Positions 22,575 through 32,844 of a stretch of DNA of 64,000 bases are shown piece by piece. How positions within the stretch are numbered: position 1 is the first letter of the stretch; the number at the start of each line of letters is the position of its first letter. Origin of the DNA: Candidatus Dormiibacterota bacterium. GTDB lineage: Bacteria > Chloroflexota > Dormibacteria > Aeolococcales > Aeolococcaceae. The notes under the pieces were generated by a model. The model was not told where the DNA came from and made no database searches. It saw nothing but the letters and a program-made list of their open reading frames with translations. The stretch covers positions 1,536,001-1,600,000 of the forward strand of contig OY970355.1 in NCBI GenBank assembly GCA_963718525.1. Direction: 5' to 3'. Position numbers and translations under genes: made by a program.

Positions 22575-22601
22575 GTCACCGATCGGTCGGGGGCGGCGGC
22601 G

Positions 22602-23486
22602 ATGAGTTTCATCGTCGCCGCATTCGGCTTCGGCCTCGTATCCATGTCGATCATCGCCATCTCGGCGGTTGGATTCACGATGCAATTCGGCATCACGAAC
22701 ATGATCAACCTGGCCTATGGGCAGGTGATGATCGCCTCCGCATATGCCGCGTACGCGGTGAACAGCGCAGGAGTGAGCATCTGGCTGGCCCTACCGGTGG
22801 CGGCCGGGTTCGGGGCGGTCTTCTCGTTCCTGCTCAACCGCCTGGTATATGCGCCGTTCCAGCGCAAGGGAACGAACCTCATTGGCATGGTGATCATCTC
22901 CCTCGCCGTGTCACTGGTCATCGCGAACGTGATGCTGCCGATCGCCGGCTACTACAGCGTGTCCTACCAGCAGAACCCCGGCCCGACGTACCACCTTGGG
23001 TCGATCGCTCTGACGGGAGAGCAGCTTGCCATCATCGCGGTCGCGGTGGTGGTGATGCTCGCCATCCACGCGTTGCTCCGATTCACTCGCCTGGGCAAGG
23101 CGATGCGAGCCACCGCCGCCAATCCAACCCTCGCCCGCAACTGCGGCATTCCAACTTCCCGGGTGATCGATCTCGCCTGGCTCATCACCGGCGCCCTCTG
23201 CGGCATTGCGGGCGCCGTCGCCGGCATGAACTCGGACTCGTTCTCCGTCGCCAGCGGATCCGAGTTCTTGATTCCGATCATTGCGGCGTCGATCCTCGGC
23301 GGGGCCGGGAGTCCCTACGGGGCGATGATCGGCGCGGTGATCATTGGGGAGATGACCGAGATCAGTGCCGCAATCATCTCGCCCGAGTACAAGCAGGTTG
23401 TCGCTTTCGCAGTGCTGGTACTGGTCATGGTGCTGCGGCCTCAGGGCCTGCTCGCCAAGCGAGGCGCACTCGCGGCTGCCGGGTGA
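22602..23486 (+). CDS. Liv-type ABC permease (LivH-like)
   Basis: GFTMQFG, INLAYG, TRLGKAMRA, ILGGAGS, LRPQGL. Confidence 0.88.
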   Translation: MSFIVAAFGFGLVSMSIIAISAVGFTMQFGITNMINLAYGQVMIASAYAAYAVNSAGVSIWLALPVAAGFGAVFSFLLNRLVYAPFQRKGTNLIGMVIISLAVSLVIANVMLPIAGYYSVSYQQNPGPTYHLGSIALTGEQLAIIAVAVVVMLAIHALLRFTRLGKAMRATAANPTLARNCGIPTSRVIDLAWLITGALCGIAGAVAGMNSDSFSVASGSEFLIPIIAASILGGAGSPYGAMIGAVIIGEMTEISAAIISPEYKQVVAFAVLVLVMVLRPQGLLAKRGALAAAG

Positions 23487-24472
23487 CCTACTACCTCACG
23501 ACGATTCTCGTCTATGCAGCCGTCGACATCCTGGCGTGTCTCGCGATCAGTCTGCAATTCGGCGTTTCCGGGATCGTCAACTTCAGCTTCATCATCTTCC
23601 AGGCGGCCGGCGCGTACACCGCCGGGGTGCTCTCGCTGCCGGCGGACACCGAAAACGGCGGCTTCCAGACCTACATCCTGGGCCTCCATCTGAGCTTTCC
23701 GCTCCCCTGGATCGGCGCCACGTTGGTCGGCGCGCTGCTCGCCATCCCGATCGAACTCGTTGCGCTGCGGCGGCTGCGAAGCGACTATCAGGCGATTGCG
23801 ATGCTTGTGCTCTCGGTCATCGCCAGCCTGGTGGTCACCAACACGCCAGCCTTCCTCGACGGCGCCGCCGGCCTCTCGCTCGTTCCCCAGCCACTGTCAG
23901 ACAGGTTCAACCCGTACTCGGAAGGCTACCTGTGGGCCTATACGGTAGGTGCGTTGGTTCTGGCCGTGATCGTCTTCTTCATCGCGCAGCGGGTGATCAA
24001 CTCGCCATATGGCCGCTCACTTCGAGCCATGCGCGAGAACGAGATGGCTGCGAACGCGCTCGGCAAGAATGCGGTTGCGTTGAAGATGACGGTATTCATC
24101 CTGGGTGGCGCGATCGCCGGGTTGAGCGGCGCCATCCTGGTCGGCTTCATCACGACGTGGGCGCCATCGACGTGGCTCTACCCGGAAACGCTGATCCTGT
24201 TCGCGGCCGTGATCGTTGGCGGTCGTGGAAACAACTTCGGCGCAGTGCTTGGGGCGCTGCTCGTTCCCGTGGGATTCGAGGAAGCCACGCGTTATCTGCC
24301 GCCGTTCGGGCCGCCGGGACTCATCCCCGCCCTCGAGTGGGTGTGCATCGGCGGTCTGATCCTCGGCTTCCTCTGGTTCCGGCCCCGCGGCGTGCTCCCC
24401 GAGCGGCGTCGAGTGTTCCCAGCGCGACTGAAGACCGTTGAGGTCGGGGAGCTTCATGCCGGTCGGGACTGA
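23483..24472 (+). CDS. Liv-type ABC permease (LivM-like)
   Basis: RLRSDY, SPYGRSLRAMRENE, IVGGRGN, RPRGVL. Confidence 0.88.
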   Translation: MTYYLTTILVYAAVDILACLAISLQFGVSGIVNFSFIIFQAAGAYTAGVLSLPADTENGGFQTYILGLHLSFPLPWIGATLVGALLAIPIELVALRRLRSDYQAIAMLVLSVIASLVVTNTPAFLDGAAGLSLVPQPLSDRFNPYSEGYLWAYTVGALVLAVIVFFIAQRVINSPYGRSLRAMRENEMAANALGKNAVALKMTVFILGGAIAGLSGAILVGFITTWAPSTWLYPETLILFAAVIVGGRGNNFGAVLGALLVPVGFEEATRYLPPFGPPGLIPALEWVCIGGLILGFLWFRPRGVLPERRRVFPARLKTVEVGELHAGRD

Positions 24473-25274
24473 CGCCATCGCGCCCACCCCAGCCTCGGGC
24501 TTACAGCCACCCGCCGAGCGACCGCTCCTGGTCGCTCGTCACGTCAGCAGACATTTCGAGGGGGTCCGCGCAGTCGAGGACGTTTCGATCGAGGTGCTCC
24601 CGGGTCGCATCACCGGTCTCATCGGTCCCAACGGCGCCGGAAAGTCGACGTTCCTCGCCGTGCTCGCAGGCACGCTGCCGGCTAGCTCCGGCGCGATCAC
24701 CTTCGACGGCGAGGATGTCACCGCCCTGCCGGCGTTCCGTCGTGCACGGCGCGGGCTGGTGCGCACATTCCAGCTTCCGTCGGAATTCGCGCAGCTCACG
24801 GTCCTCGAGAACCTGCTCGCGGCGGCGCCGGACAATCGTGGCGACTCGCTCCTGGGGGCGATCCTGGGCAAGCGCTACTGGAAGGCGGATGAGGATCGCC
24901 TTGTGGAACAGGCGCGCGTCCTGCTCGACCGCTTCCGGATGAGCGCCAAGGAGTCGGACTACGCGAGCTCGCTCAGCGGCGGTCAGAAACGCCTCGTCGA
25001 GATCATGCGCGCGCTCATGCTGCGGCCGCGATTGCTGCTGCTCGACGAGCCGATGTCAGGCGTGCATCCCTCGATCGTCGGGGAGATCGCCGACTATTGC
25101 GAGGCGCTCCGCGACGATGGTCTGACGATTCTGATGGTCGAACATGAGCTCCACATGATCGAACGCATGTGCAACCCGGTCATCGTCATGGCTCAGGGGG
25201 GTGTCATCGGCCAGGGGACGATGGGTGCCCTTCGGCAGCAACGCGAAATTGTCGACGCGTACCTTGTCGGATAA
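24456..25274 (+). CDS. Liv-type ABC ATP-binding protein (LivG-like)
   Basis: [26 protein letters not shown]. Confidence 0.9.
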   Translation: MPVGTDAIAPTPASGLQPPAERPLLVARHVSRHFEGVRAVEDVSIEVLPGRITGLIGPNGAGKSTFLAVLAGTLPASSGAITFDGEDVTALPAFRRARRGLVRTFQLPSEFAQLTVLENLLAAAPDNRGDSLLGAILGKRYWKADEDRLVEQARVLLDRFRMSAKESDYASSLSGGQKRLVEIMRALMLRPRLLLLDEPMSGVHPSIVGEIADYCEALRDDGLTILMVEHELHMIERMCNPVIVMAQGGVIGQGTMGALRQQREIVDAYLVG

Positions 25275-26058
25275 CACGGCGGGGGCCGTCGCGGAAAGGC
25301 CGGCCCCGCTGCTGCGAGCGGAGCACATCACCGCGGGGTACGGTGGCGTTCCGGTCATCCAGGACATCAGCTTGAGCGTCGGCCCAGGCGAGATCGTCGC
25401 GATCATCGGACCCAATGGTGCCGGCAAGAGCACGCTGCTGAAAGCACTCGTCGGCATTCTTCGTGTCACCAATGGCCGGATCATGCTCGGCGACCACGAG
25501 GTCACCAATCACCGCCCCGAGGAGCTCGCGCGCCGGGGAGTTGGCTACGTGCCCCAGGTGCAGGACATCTTCGAGCCCCTCACGGTGCTCGAGAACCTCG
25601 AGATGGGCGGATACCTCCTTCCCACCGCAGCGATTCGCACACGTGTCGAGGATGTGCTGAAGGTGTTCCCGGCACTCGCACCGATGCTCAGGCGGCGCGC
25701 GGACAAGCTCAGCGGTGGCGAACGCAAGATGCTGGCGATCGCGCGAGTCCTGATGCTTGATCCGAAGGTGCTGATCCTCGATGAGCCAACCGCAAACCTG
25801 GCCCCGCAGCTGGCCGACAAACTGCTCCGCGAGCAGGTGAAGGGCCTTGGGGCGCTGGGCAAAGCGGTGCTGCTGGTCGAGCAGCGCGCACGTGCGGCGC
25901 TGGAGATCGCCGCCTACACGTCCGTTCTTGTCTCTGGATCCATTCGCATGGAAGGCCGGCCCGGCGAACTCCTCGATCGCCAGGATTTCGAGGAACTGTT
26001 TTTGGGAGCCGCAACGAGTCTCAGCTCGGCGTCCGGCTCGGAGGCGAACAAGGTATGA
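25264..26058 (+). CDS. Liv-type ABC ATP-binding protein (LivF-like)
   Basis: [26 protein letters not shown]; start approximate. Confidence 0.9.
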   Translation: MSDNTAGAVAERPAPLLRAEHITAGYGGVPVIQDISLSVGPGEIVAIIGPNGAGKSTLLKALVGILRVTNGRIMLGDHEVTNHRPEELARRGVGYVPQVQDIFEPLTVLENLEMGGYLLPTAAIRTRVEDVLKVFPALAPMLRRRADKLSGGERKMLAIARVLMLDPKVLILDEPTANLAPQLADKLLREQVKGLGALGKAVLLVEQRARAALEIAAYTSVLVSGSIRMEGRPGELLDRQDFEELFLGAATSLSSASGSEANKV

Positions 26059-26960
26059 AGCTGCTCATGTTTCGCGACGGTGATGCGGCGCGTCTCGGCG
26101 TCGGCCGCGATGGCGTGCCGGAGGAGATCGTCGACGTCGCCGCTGTAGCCAACGGAACGACTGGCACACTGCCAACGACGATTCTGGGTGTGATCGATGC
26201 CGGCGAGGGCGGGCTCGACAGCCTGCGCACCCTCGCGTCCGCTGCACCATCGAGCGCCATCCGCCGGATCGCTGACCTGACGTTGCTGCCTCCCTTCGAT
26301 CCACCGCGCGGGAACGTCCTCGCGATCGGGCGAAACTATCAGAAGCACGCCGAGGAAACCGCACGCGCCTCGAACGTCGCGGTCGGCCCGCCGACGATCT
26401 TCACCAAAGCGATCACCACCGTCGCCGCCCCCTACGCGGACATCCGCATCGACCCGTCCGTGAGCACCAAGATCGACTGGGAGGTCGAGCTCGGCGTGGT
26501 CATCGGACGCCGCGGCGCCAACATCAAGCGAGAGGATGCGCTCAGCCATGTCTTCGGCTATACCGTCCTCAACGATGTGACGGCGCGCGACATTCAGAAC
26601 GGTTGGGGCGGTCAATGGTTCAAGGGCAAGAGCCTCGACGGGTCATGCCCGGTGGGACCCTGGGTGTTGACGCGCGATGAAGTCTCCGACGTGCAGTCGT
26701 TACACCTGCAGCTTCGGATCAACGGCGACATCAAGCAGGACGCCAACAGCCGCGACATGATCTATCCCGTGGACGCGATCATCGAATGGCTGTCCGTCGG
26801 CATGACCTTGCTTCCCGGGATGTTGATAGCGACCGGCACGCCGGAGGGAGTCGGATTCGCGCGTACTCCACCGGAGTACCTGCAGCCCGGGGACGTCATG
26901 GAGTCGGAGATCGAGGGAATCGGCAAGCTCCGCAACGCCGTGGTCGCATCGCCGGCCTGA
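26055..26960 (+). CDS. Fumarylacetoacetate hydrolase family protein
   Basis: IGRNY, DWEVEL, NDVTARD, KGKS, TGTPEGVG. Confidence 0.92.
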   Translation: MKLLMFRDGDAARLGVGRDGVPEEIVDVAAVANGTTGTLPTTILGVIDAGEGGLDSLRTLASAAPSSAIRRIADLTLLPPFDPPRGNVLAIGRNYQKHAEETARASNVAVGPPTIFTKAITTVAAPYADIRIDPSVSTKIDWEVELGVVIGRRGANIKREDALSHVFGYTVLNDVTARDIQNGWGGQWFKGKSLDGSCPVGPWVLTRDEVSDVQSLHLQLRINGDIKQDANSRDMIYPVDAIIEWLSVGMTLLPGMLIATGTPEGVGFARTPPEYLQPGDVMESEIEGIGKLRNAVVASPA

Positions 26961-28399
26961 TGTCCGGCGTCGAGCGGCTGACGGTAGGCGACCCGTCGTC
27001 GGCCGTGCCAACGCTGGCTGCGCACGGCGTCGCCGCGGCACATGAGGCGTACGGACAAGCGGGCCTCCTCGACCCGCATATCCGTCCGATCCAGCAGGGC
27101 GCGCGCCTGGCCGGTCCAGCTGTCACCGTGCTCTGCCCGGCCGGCGACAACCTGATGATCCATATGGCCGTCGAGCAGTGCCGCCCCGGCGACGTGCTGG
27201 TGGTCGCGACCGTGCCGCCCGGCGACGCCTCTGGCGTGATCGGCGAGCTGCTCGCGACCGCACTGCGCGCACACGGGGTCGTTGCCGCGATCGTCGATGC
27301 GGGGGTCCGCGATATCGCCGAGCTGCGGGCCATGGCCTTCCCCGTCTGGTCGCGATGGATCACCGCGCAGGGAACGACGAAGCGCGGCGCCGGCAACGTG
27401 AATCGCCCGGTGGTGTGTGGGGGACAGGCGGTCACTCCCGGTGACATCATCGTCGCCGACGACGATGGAGTTGCGTGTGTCGCTGCAGCGTCGGCCATTG
27501 AGGTGGCCCGAGGTGTTGTTGAGCGAGTTGCCCACGAGAGCTCGATGCGTGCGCGCCTGGCAGCTGGGGAGTTGAGCGCCGACATCCTCGAGCTGCGAGA
27601 TGGGGGCATCCGCGTAGGGACCGAGTTCTGGCGAGCAGTGATTCACCTGGACGCGGCGCGGCTGCTTCTGGTCGCTGTCGCGGCGCTCGTCGCGGGCGCG
27701 GTGAATGCGGTTGCCGGAGGCGGAACCCTGTTGTCGTTTCCGGCACTGCTGCTGCTCGGATTCCCGGCGCTGACGGCGAACGTCACCAGTACGCTCGGTT
27801 TGCTCCCGGGGTACGCGGGAGGCAGCATCGCGTATCGCGAGGAGCTCGGTGTGCAGCGCGACCGGGTGCGCTTTCTCGCGCCCATCAGCGTGGCCGGCGC
27901 GATCGTCGGCGCGATCGTCCTGACGCGAACGTCGAACCACGTCTTTGCCGCGATCGTCCCGTGGCTGATCCTTGCTGCTTGCGCGTTGCTCCTGCTCCAG
28001 CCGGTGGTCACGTCGCGGGTCCGTGCACGCCGACCGGTTCGCGAGCAGCACCGTTCGCCCCTTCTCGCGGTGGCCCAGTTCGTCGGCGGAATCTACGGTG
28101 CGTTCTTCGGCGCGGGCCTGGGCGTGATGATGCTTGCTGTACTCGGTCTGTTCATCCGAGATGACCTCCAGCGGCTCAACGCGCTCAAAGGCATGATGTC
28201 GCTGGTCATCAACGTGGTCGCGGCGATCTATTTCGCTTTCTTCGGACCGGTGTCGTGGATCGCCGTCCTGGTCATGGTGCCGATGAGCGCGGCGGGCGGG
28301 TTCATCGGCGTCGCGCTGGCTCGCCGCCTCCACCCCGTGGTGCTGCGCACCGTGGTGGTTGCTCTCGGTGTTGCCTTCGCGCTCCACCTGCTCCTGTAG
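26960..28399 (+). CDS. RraA/HMG aldolase (LigK-like) continuous in frame with a TauE/SafE (TSUP) exporter
   Basis: N-half AGPAVT, GDNL, GELLA, GVRD, PGDIIVADDDG; C-half NAVAGGG, YGAFFGAGLG, NALK; no stop between; alternative internal GTG at 27638. Confidence 0.8.
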   Translation: MSGVERLTVGDPSSAVPTLAAHGVAAAHEAYGQAGLLDPHIRPIQQGARLAGPAVTVLCPAGDNLMIHMAVEQCRPGDVLVVATVPPGDASGVIGELLATALRAHGVVAAIVDAGVRDIAELRAMAFPVWSRWITAQGTTKRGAGNVNRPVVCGGQAVTPGDIIVADDDGVACVAAASAIEVARGVVERVAHESSMRARLAAGELSADILELRDGGIRVGTEFWRAVIHLDAARLLLVAVAALVAGAVNAVAGGGTLLSFPALLLLGFPALTANVTSTLGLLPGYAGGSIAYREELGVQRDRVRFLAPISVAGAIVGAIVLTRTSNHVFAAIVPWLILAACALLLLQPVVTSRVRARRPVREQHRSPLLAVAQFVGGIYGAFFGAGLGVMMLAVLGLFIRDDLQRLNALKGMMSLVINVVAAIYFAFFGPVSWIAVLVMVPMSAAGGFIGVALARRLHPVVLRTVVVALGVAFALHLLL

Positions 28400-28406
28400 A
28401 CGGCAC

Positions 28407-29081
28407 TCAGGACAGCCGCCGGTCCGTCGCCCAGCGAGTCAGTTGATGGCGCGTCGAAAGCTGGAGCTTGCGCAACACCGAGGACACGTGGCTCTCGACC
28501 GTCTTCGCGGAGATGAAGAGCTCGCGCGCGATCTCCTTGTAGGTGAAGCCGCGCGCGATCAGGCGCAGCACCTCCCGTTCGCGCGGTGTCAACTGGTCGA
28601 GCTCGGGGTCGAACGCAGGACGCTCCTGGTCCGCGGCGGGAAGCGCGGCGAAGGCGTCGAGAACGAATCCGGCCAGGCGCGGCGAGAAGACAGCCTCGCC
28701 GGCGGCGACACGGTGCACCGCGTCCACGAGGTCCACACCTGAGATGGTCTTGGTCACGTAGCCGCGGGCGCCGGCGCGGATGATCGCGATGACATCCTCG
28801 GGCGCGTCGGATGCGGACAGCGCGAGGAATCGCACGTGCGGGTGGCTGGATTTCAGCGCGGTCACTACCGCACGTCCGCCCCCGCCCGGGAGATGGACAT
28901 CAAGGAGCACCACGTCGGGCTCCGAGCTCGCGATCCCGGCGATCGCAGGTGCGACGTCGTCCGCTTCGCCGATCACCTCGACCTGGGTACCGAGCTCTGA
29001 CCGTACCCCGGAGCGGAAGAGGCTGTGATCGTCGACGATGAAAACTCGGGGCCGTTGACGGTCTCCGATCGGTGCTGTCAT
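28407..29081 (-). CDS. NarL/LuxR family response regulator
   Basis: IVDDH, VLLDVHLP, LTPREREVL, KTVESH. Confidence 0.93.
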   Translation of the reverse strand: MTAPIGDRQRPRVFIVDDHSLFRSGVRSELGTQVEVIGEADDVAPAIAGIASSEPDVVLLDVHLPGGGGRAVVTALKSSHPHVRFLALSASDAPEDVIAIIRAGARGYVTKTISGVDLVDAVHRVAAGEAVFSPRLAGFVLDAFAALPAADQERPAFDPELDQLTPREREVLRLIARGFTYKEIARELFISAKTVESHVSSVLRKLQLSTRHQLTRWATDRRLS

Positions 29082-30376
29082 CCGGGGGGTGGGGGAGGTG
29101 GCGGCTCCGGGGCTGGTGGTGGCGGCGGCGATGCGCCAACCCCCACAGCACGGGTCATGGTCAGGCGGACCTCCGTGCCCTCTCCAGGAACGCTCTGGAC
29201 TGTGGCGGTGGCGCCGTGGCGGGTCATCCTTGCTCGGATGGACTCCGACACCCCCCGGCGATCGGCCGGCACAACCATGGGATCGAAGCCGCGTCCGCGG
29301 TCGCGTACGAAGAGGGACACCTCGGCCGCCTCCACCTCGGCGTAGATCGAGATCACCTGGACTCCCGACCACTTTGCTGCGTTGACCGTCGCCTCTCGGG
29401 CGGCGGCCAGCATCGCCTGGAGATCCTCGTCAAGTGCGCAGTCGCCAACGGTGACCACTTCCACGGTGACGCCGTGCTGGGCCTCGACGTCACTCTGGAT
29501 GAGCCGAACGCCGCCGGCGAAGGTGGTGTCCGCGCCGAGCGACCCGGGCGCGCGACCATCGAACAGCCAGGATCGCAACTCACGCTCCTGGGCGCGGGCA
29601 AGCTGGATCACCTGCTGTGGCTCTGCGGCTCGATGCTGGATGAGCGCGAGCGTCTGGAGCACCGAGTCGTGCACCCTCGACGCCATGTCGGCGCGCTCCT
29701 CGGCGCGGACCCGAGCCTGTCGCTCGTCAACCAGGTCACGGCCGACCCGAAGCCACCACGGTCCGAGCACCACCACCATCGCTGCGATGACCAGGGCGAC
29801 CCCCGCCAGGGGGCGGAACACCGCAGCGCTGGTGTGTCCGAGGAGCAGCGTCGTGACCCCGGCGATCAGGAGCAGGCTCGCGACCAGCGCGCGTAGAGCC
29901 ACGCGCGATCGGCGGGTGTCGCCAGTGAAGCCGATGAACGGATCCGCAAGACGCCGCAGGGTCACCTGCTCATCCACAGGAGCGTTTCTCGAGATCAGGA
30001 CGATCGCGACGACGCTGATCACCACCGACCAGGCAAACGAGCCGATCCAGCCCACGCCGACCAGCGACATCAGCACGAGCACGGCGATGAGCAGGGACGC
30101 GAGTCCGGTGGCCAGGGTGATCCCGGTCCGGTCGGTCATCGCTGCGCTGCCGATGTTGGTCCGCTCACCGACGGCCGGAATCAGGAGCCACGCCACCAGA
30201 TAGCATGCGATCCCGGACCCGCCCGCGAGGGCGAAGAGGACGAAGACGGTTCGCACCACCGTGACATCGACACCGGTCCTGGCAGCGACTCCGGCAGCCA
30301 CGCCGCCCAGACGGCGCTGCTCCGGGACGCGGCGCCACGAACCCCGACGCCTCTTGGTCCGCGCTTGCTCCGCCAT
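29078..30376 (-). CDS. PspC-domain sensor histidine kinase
   Basis: N-terminal PspC (LGGVAAGVA), HDSVLQTL H-box, EATVNAAK, DRGRGF, GEGT. Confidence 0.9.
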   Translation of the reverse strand: MAEQARTKRRRGSWRRVPEQRRLGGVAAGVAARTGVDVTVVRTVFVLFALAGGSGIACYLVAWLLIPAVGERTNIGSAAMTDRTGITLATGLASLLIAVLVLMSLVGVGWIGSFAWSVVISVVAIVLISRNAPVDEQVTLRRLADPFIGFTGDTRRSRVALRALVASLLLIAGVTTLLLGHTSAAVFRPLAGVALVIAAMVVVLGPWWLRVGRDLVDERQARVRAEERADMASRVHDSVLQTLALIQHRAAEPQQVIQLARAQERELRSWLFDGRAPGSLGADTTFAGGVRLIQSDVEAQHGVTVEVVTVGDCALDEDLQAMLAAAREATVNAAKWSGVQVISIYAEVEAAEVSLFVRDRGRGFDPMVVPADRRGVSESIRARMTRHGATATVQSVPGEGTEVRLTMTRAVGVGASPPPPPAPEPPPPPPPG

Positions 30377-30412
30377 GCAGCCATCATGGGCCTCGCAAGC
30401 GGCCCCGGCTAT

Positions 30413-30470
30413 TGGGGAACACCCTGAGCCGATCGCGGACATCTCGGGGTCGAACCCGGGTACTTCCCGA
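30413..30470. promoter_or_regulatory. Repeated GGG-N4/5-CCC operator-like palindromes between divergent pspC genes
   Basis: TGGGGAACACCCTGA (30413-30427), TCGGGG..., CCGGGTACTTCCCGA. Confidence 0.5.
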
Positions 30471-30505
30471 TTGTTCGACAGTGGCAGAGGCCCTACGGTA
30501 GGGGC

Positions 30506-30784
30506 ATGAACACACCCCCGCCGCCCCCACCGGTCGACAGCACCCGCCGCCCCCTCCACCGTCCGACGAAAGATCGGATGATCGCGGGCGTCGCAGCCGG
30601 CCTCGCTCAGTACCTTGACGTTGATGTCACGATCGTCCGGATCATCATCGCCGTGCTCGTCGTCTGCGGCGGAGCAGGCGTCGCCCTCTACATCGCCGGC
30701 TGGCTGCTGATGCCCAACGAAGGCTCGGAGCGATCGATCGCGAGCAAGCTCACCGGGACGCATCGCGCCAGCCCGGAGTCATGA
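30506..30784 (+). CDS. pspC: PspC domain protein
   Basis: LHRPTKDRMIAGVAAGLAQYLDVD..IVR, YIAGWLLMP. Confidence 0.88.
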   Translation: MNTPPPPPPVDSTRRPLHRPTKDRMIAGVAAGLAQYLDVDVTIVRIIIAVLVVCGGAGVALYIAGWLLMPNEGSERSIASKLTGTHRASPES

Positions 30785-30788
30785 ACCG

Positions 30789-32294
30789 GTGCGGGAATCG
30801 GAGGAAGCGGACCGTGGACTCCCGGCGGTGACCACGCAATGGGCTCCGCCCGCGGTGGCGCCCCAGCCGCAGTCGCGGGCCGGCGCAGTAGTGCTGATCG
30901 TTGTCGGCAGCGTCCTGGCACTGATGTCCGTGGGGTTGCTGGGCGCCGGCGGCTTTCTCATGTGGGCCGACCATACCCAGCGTGACGCATCCGGATATCT
31001 GACCTCGGGGACAGGGCCGATCTCCGCACCGACCTATGCAATCGCGAGTCCCAATGTCGACCTGAATTTCTCGAGCCGTGCGTGGCCGGACACCCAGGCC
31101 GCTCTCGGCAAGGTGCGCATCACGGCATCCAGCGCATCGCCGGCGGGCGTCTTCATCGGGATCGCGCCACGTGCCGACGCACTTCGCTACCTCAACGGCG
31201 TTGCGTACGACGGACTCTCGGATCTCCGTTTCCTACCGTACCGGGTCACGCTCACGCCACATGGCGGCGGCGCGCCCGCGGCTCCCACGTCGCAAGCCTT
31301 CTGGCGGGCGGAAGCATCGGGGACCGGGACACAGACTCTCACCTGGCCGGTCGCATCGGGGCAGTGGATCGTCATCTTGATGAACGCTGACGGTTCACGA
31401 GGGATCGCGGCCGATGTATCTGTCGGGGCCACCGCCCCGTTCCTGTACGGGATTGCGCTCGCCCTGCTCATCGGAGGAGGCATCGCGCTGGTGGTGGCAC
31501 TGGTGCTGCTCATCCTCGGGATTGGGATGCTCAACCGGCGACAGCGCAACGCACAGTCGCCCGCCGGTCTCCCGCTGCCACCACCGGTGCCGGCGCCATC
31601 GGCTCCGCTCAGCTATCCGCTCCTCTTGGAGGGCCACCTCGACGAGCCCATGAGTCGCTGGCTGTGGCTCGTGAAGTGGGTGCTGCTCGTGCCGCACTAC
31701 ATCGTCCTGTGGTTCCTGTTCATCGCGATGTTCGTGCTCACGGTGATCGCCTTCTTCGCCATTCTCTTCACCGGGCGGTATCCGCGTGCGATCTTCGATT
31801 TCAACGTCGGGGTGCTGCGCTGGGCTTGGCGCGTCGGCTTCTACGGCTACAGCGCACTCGGCACCGACCGCTATCCACCGTTCAGCTTCGCGGCGGACGC
31901 CAACTATCCGGCAACGCTCGACGTGCCGTATCCCGAGCACCTGTCGCGGGGCTTGGTGCTCATCAAGTGGTGGTTGCTCGCGATTCCTCAGTACGTCGTC
32001 ATCGCGGTGCTGACCGGCGGGATTGGACTCGCAGTACACGTGTGGGGGCTCATCGCCATCCTCACCCTGTTCGCCGCAATCGCGCTGCTCTTCACGGCTC
32101 GGTACCCTCGCGGCATCTTCGACTTCGTCATGGGTCTCAACCGCTGGGTGCTTCGCGTGCTTGTCTACGTGCTCTTGATGCGTGACGAATATCCGCCGTT
32201 CCGATTGGATCCGGGCGGCAGCGAAACCCCTCCGCACCCGAGTGCGCCTCCGGCGCCGGTGTCAGGATTGATACCCGTTCCGCCGCCCCTGTGA
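30789..32294 (+). CDS. DUF4389-type membrane protein with N-terminal extracytoplasmic domain
   Basis: Two repeats SRWL.LVKW.L..PHY / FTGRYPR.IFDF / YPPF; RDASGY and MNADGS in N-domain. Confidence 0.8.
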   Translation: MRESEEADRGLPAVTTQWAPPAVAPQPQSRAGAVVLIVVGSVLALMSVGLLGAGGFLMWADHTQRDASGYLTSGTGPISAPTYAIASPNVDLNFSSRAWPDTQAALGKVRITASSASPAGVFIGIAPRADALRYLNGVAYDGLSDLRFLPYRVTLTPHGGGAPAAPTSQAFWRAEASGTGTQTLTWPVASGQWIVILMNADGSRGIAADVSVGATAPFLYGIALALLIGGGIALVVALVLLILGIGMLNRRQRNAQSPAGLPLPPPVPAPSAPLSYPLLLEGHLDEPMSRWLWLVKWVLLVPHYIVLWFLFIAMFVLTVIAFFAILFTGRYPRAIFDFNVGVLRWAWRVGFYGYSALGTDRYPPFSFAADANYPATLDVPYPEHLSRGLVLIKWWLLAIPQYVVIAVLTGGIGLAVHVWGLIAILTLFAAIALLFTARYPRGIFDFVMGLNRWVLRVLVYVLLMRDEYPPFRLDPGGSETPPHPSAPPAPVSGLIPVPPPL

Positions 32295-32303
32295 GTCGAT
32301 CCG

Positions 32304-32786
32304 TCACCCACCGGCAATTGGAGTGCTCAGCCCCAGGCCGAGATCTCGCTGGACGAGGTTGATCGCGGCCTGGAGGTTGAACTCATCGCCGACGAACTGC
32401 GTTGTTGACACGGCGCCACTCGCGACGCCGGCGAGGTCGATACGAACCGTAGCTGCCGCATTGACGAGCGTGTGCACGTCACTCCCGGCTGCGGAGGGGA
32501 ATTGGATGCCGAGCAGTGTGTTGCTGAAGGCCTGCAGCGCCTGCGCGTACGCCGCGTCAATCGGGGCCTCGTTGGCCACGGTGTTCGTGCCCGCGGCGAC
32601 AAGCGACTGGCCGAGAGTGTCCCAGGTTGTCGTGGCGGCGTCGAGGGCTGCGCCCGCATTTGCGTATTGCTGGATGTAGCTCGCGTTGGTCGATGGCGTG
32701 CTGTTTCCCGACACCGTGCCTCCACAGCCGGCGAGAACGATGACGACGAACGGGCCCACGACGGAACGCACCAACGGTCTTGTCAC
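32304..32786 (-). CDS. Hypothetical lipoprotein
   Basis: Lipobox VLAGC, SD GGAGG, helical mature region. Confidence 0.7.
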   Translation of the reverse strand: MTRPLVRSVVGPFVVIVLAGCGGTVSGNSTPSTNASYIQQYANAGAALDAATTTWDTLGQSLVAAGTNTVANEAPIDAAYAQALQAFSNTLLGIQFPSAAGSDVHTLVNAAATVRIDLAGVASGAVSTTQFVGDEFNLQAAINLVQRDLGLGLSTPIAGG

Positions 32787-32844
32787 GACCTACCTCCAAG
32801 GGCACTGTACGGCAGGGGTGACTGAGCGAGCCGGTACCGGCCCG

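Noticed and set aside
29082-29130. G-rich run encoding poly-Pro at the kinase C-terminus as a phase-variable tract
   Set aside because: Interrupted low-complexity tail; frame and the ATGA overlap with the regulator are intact
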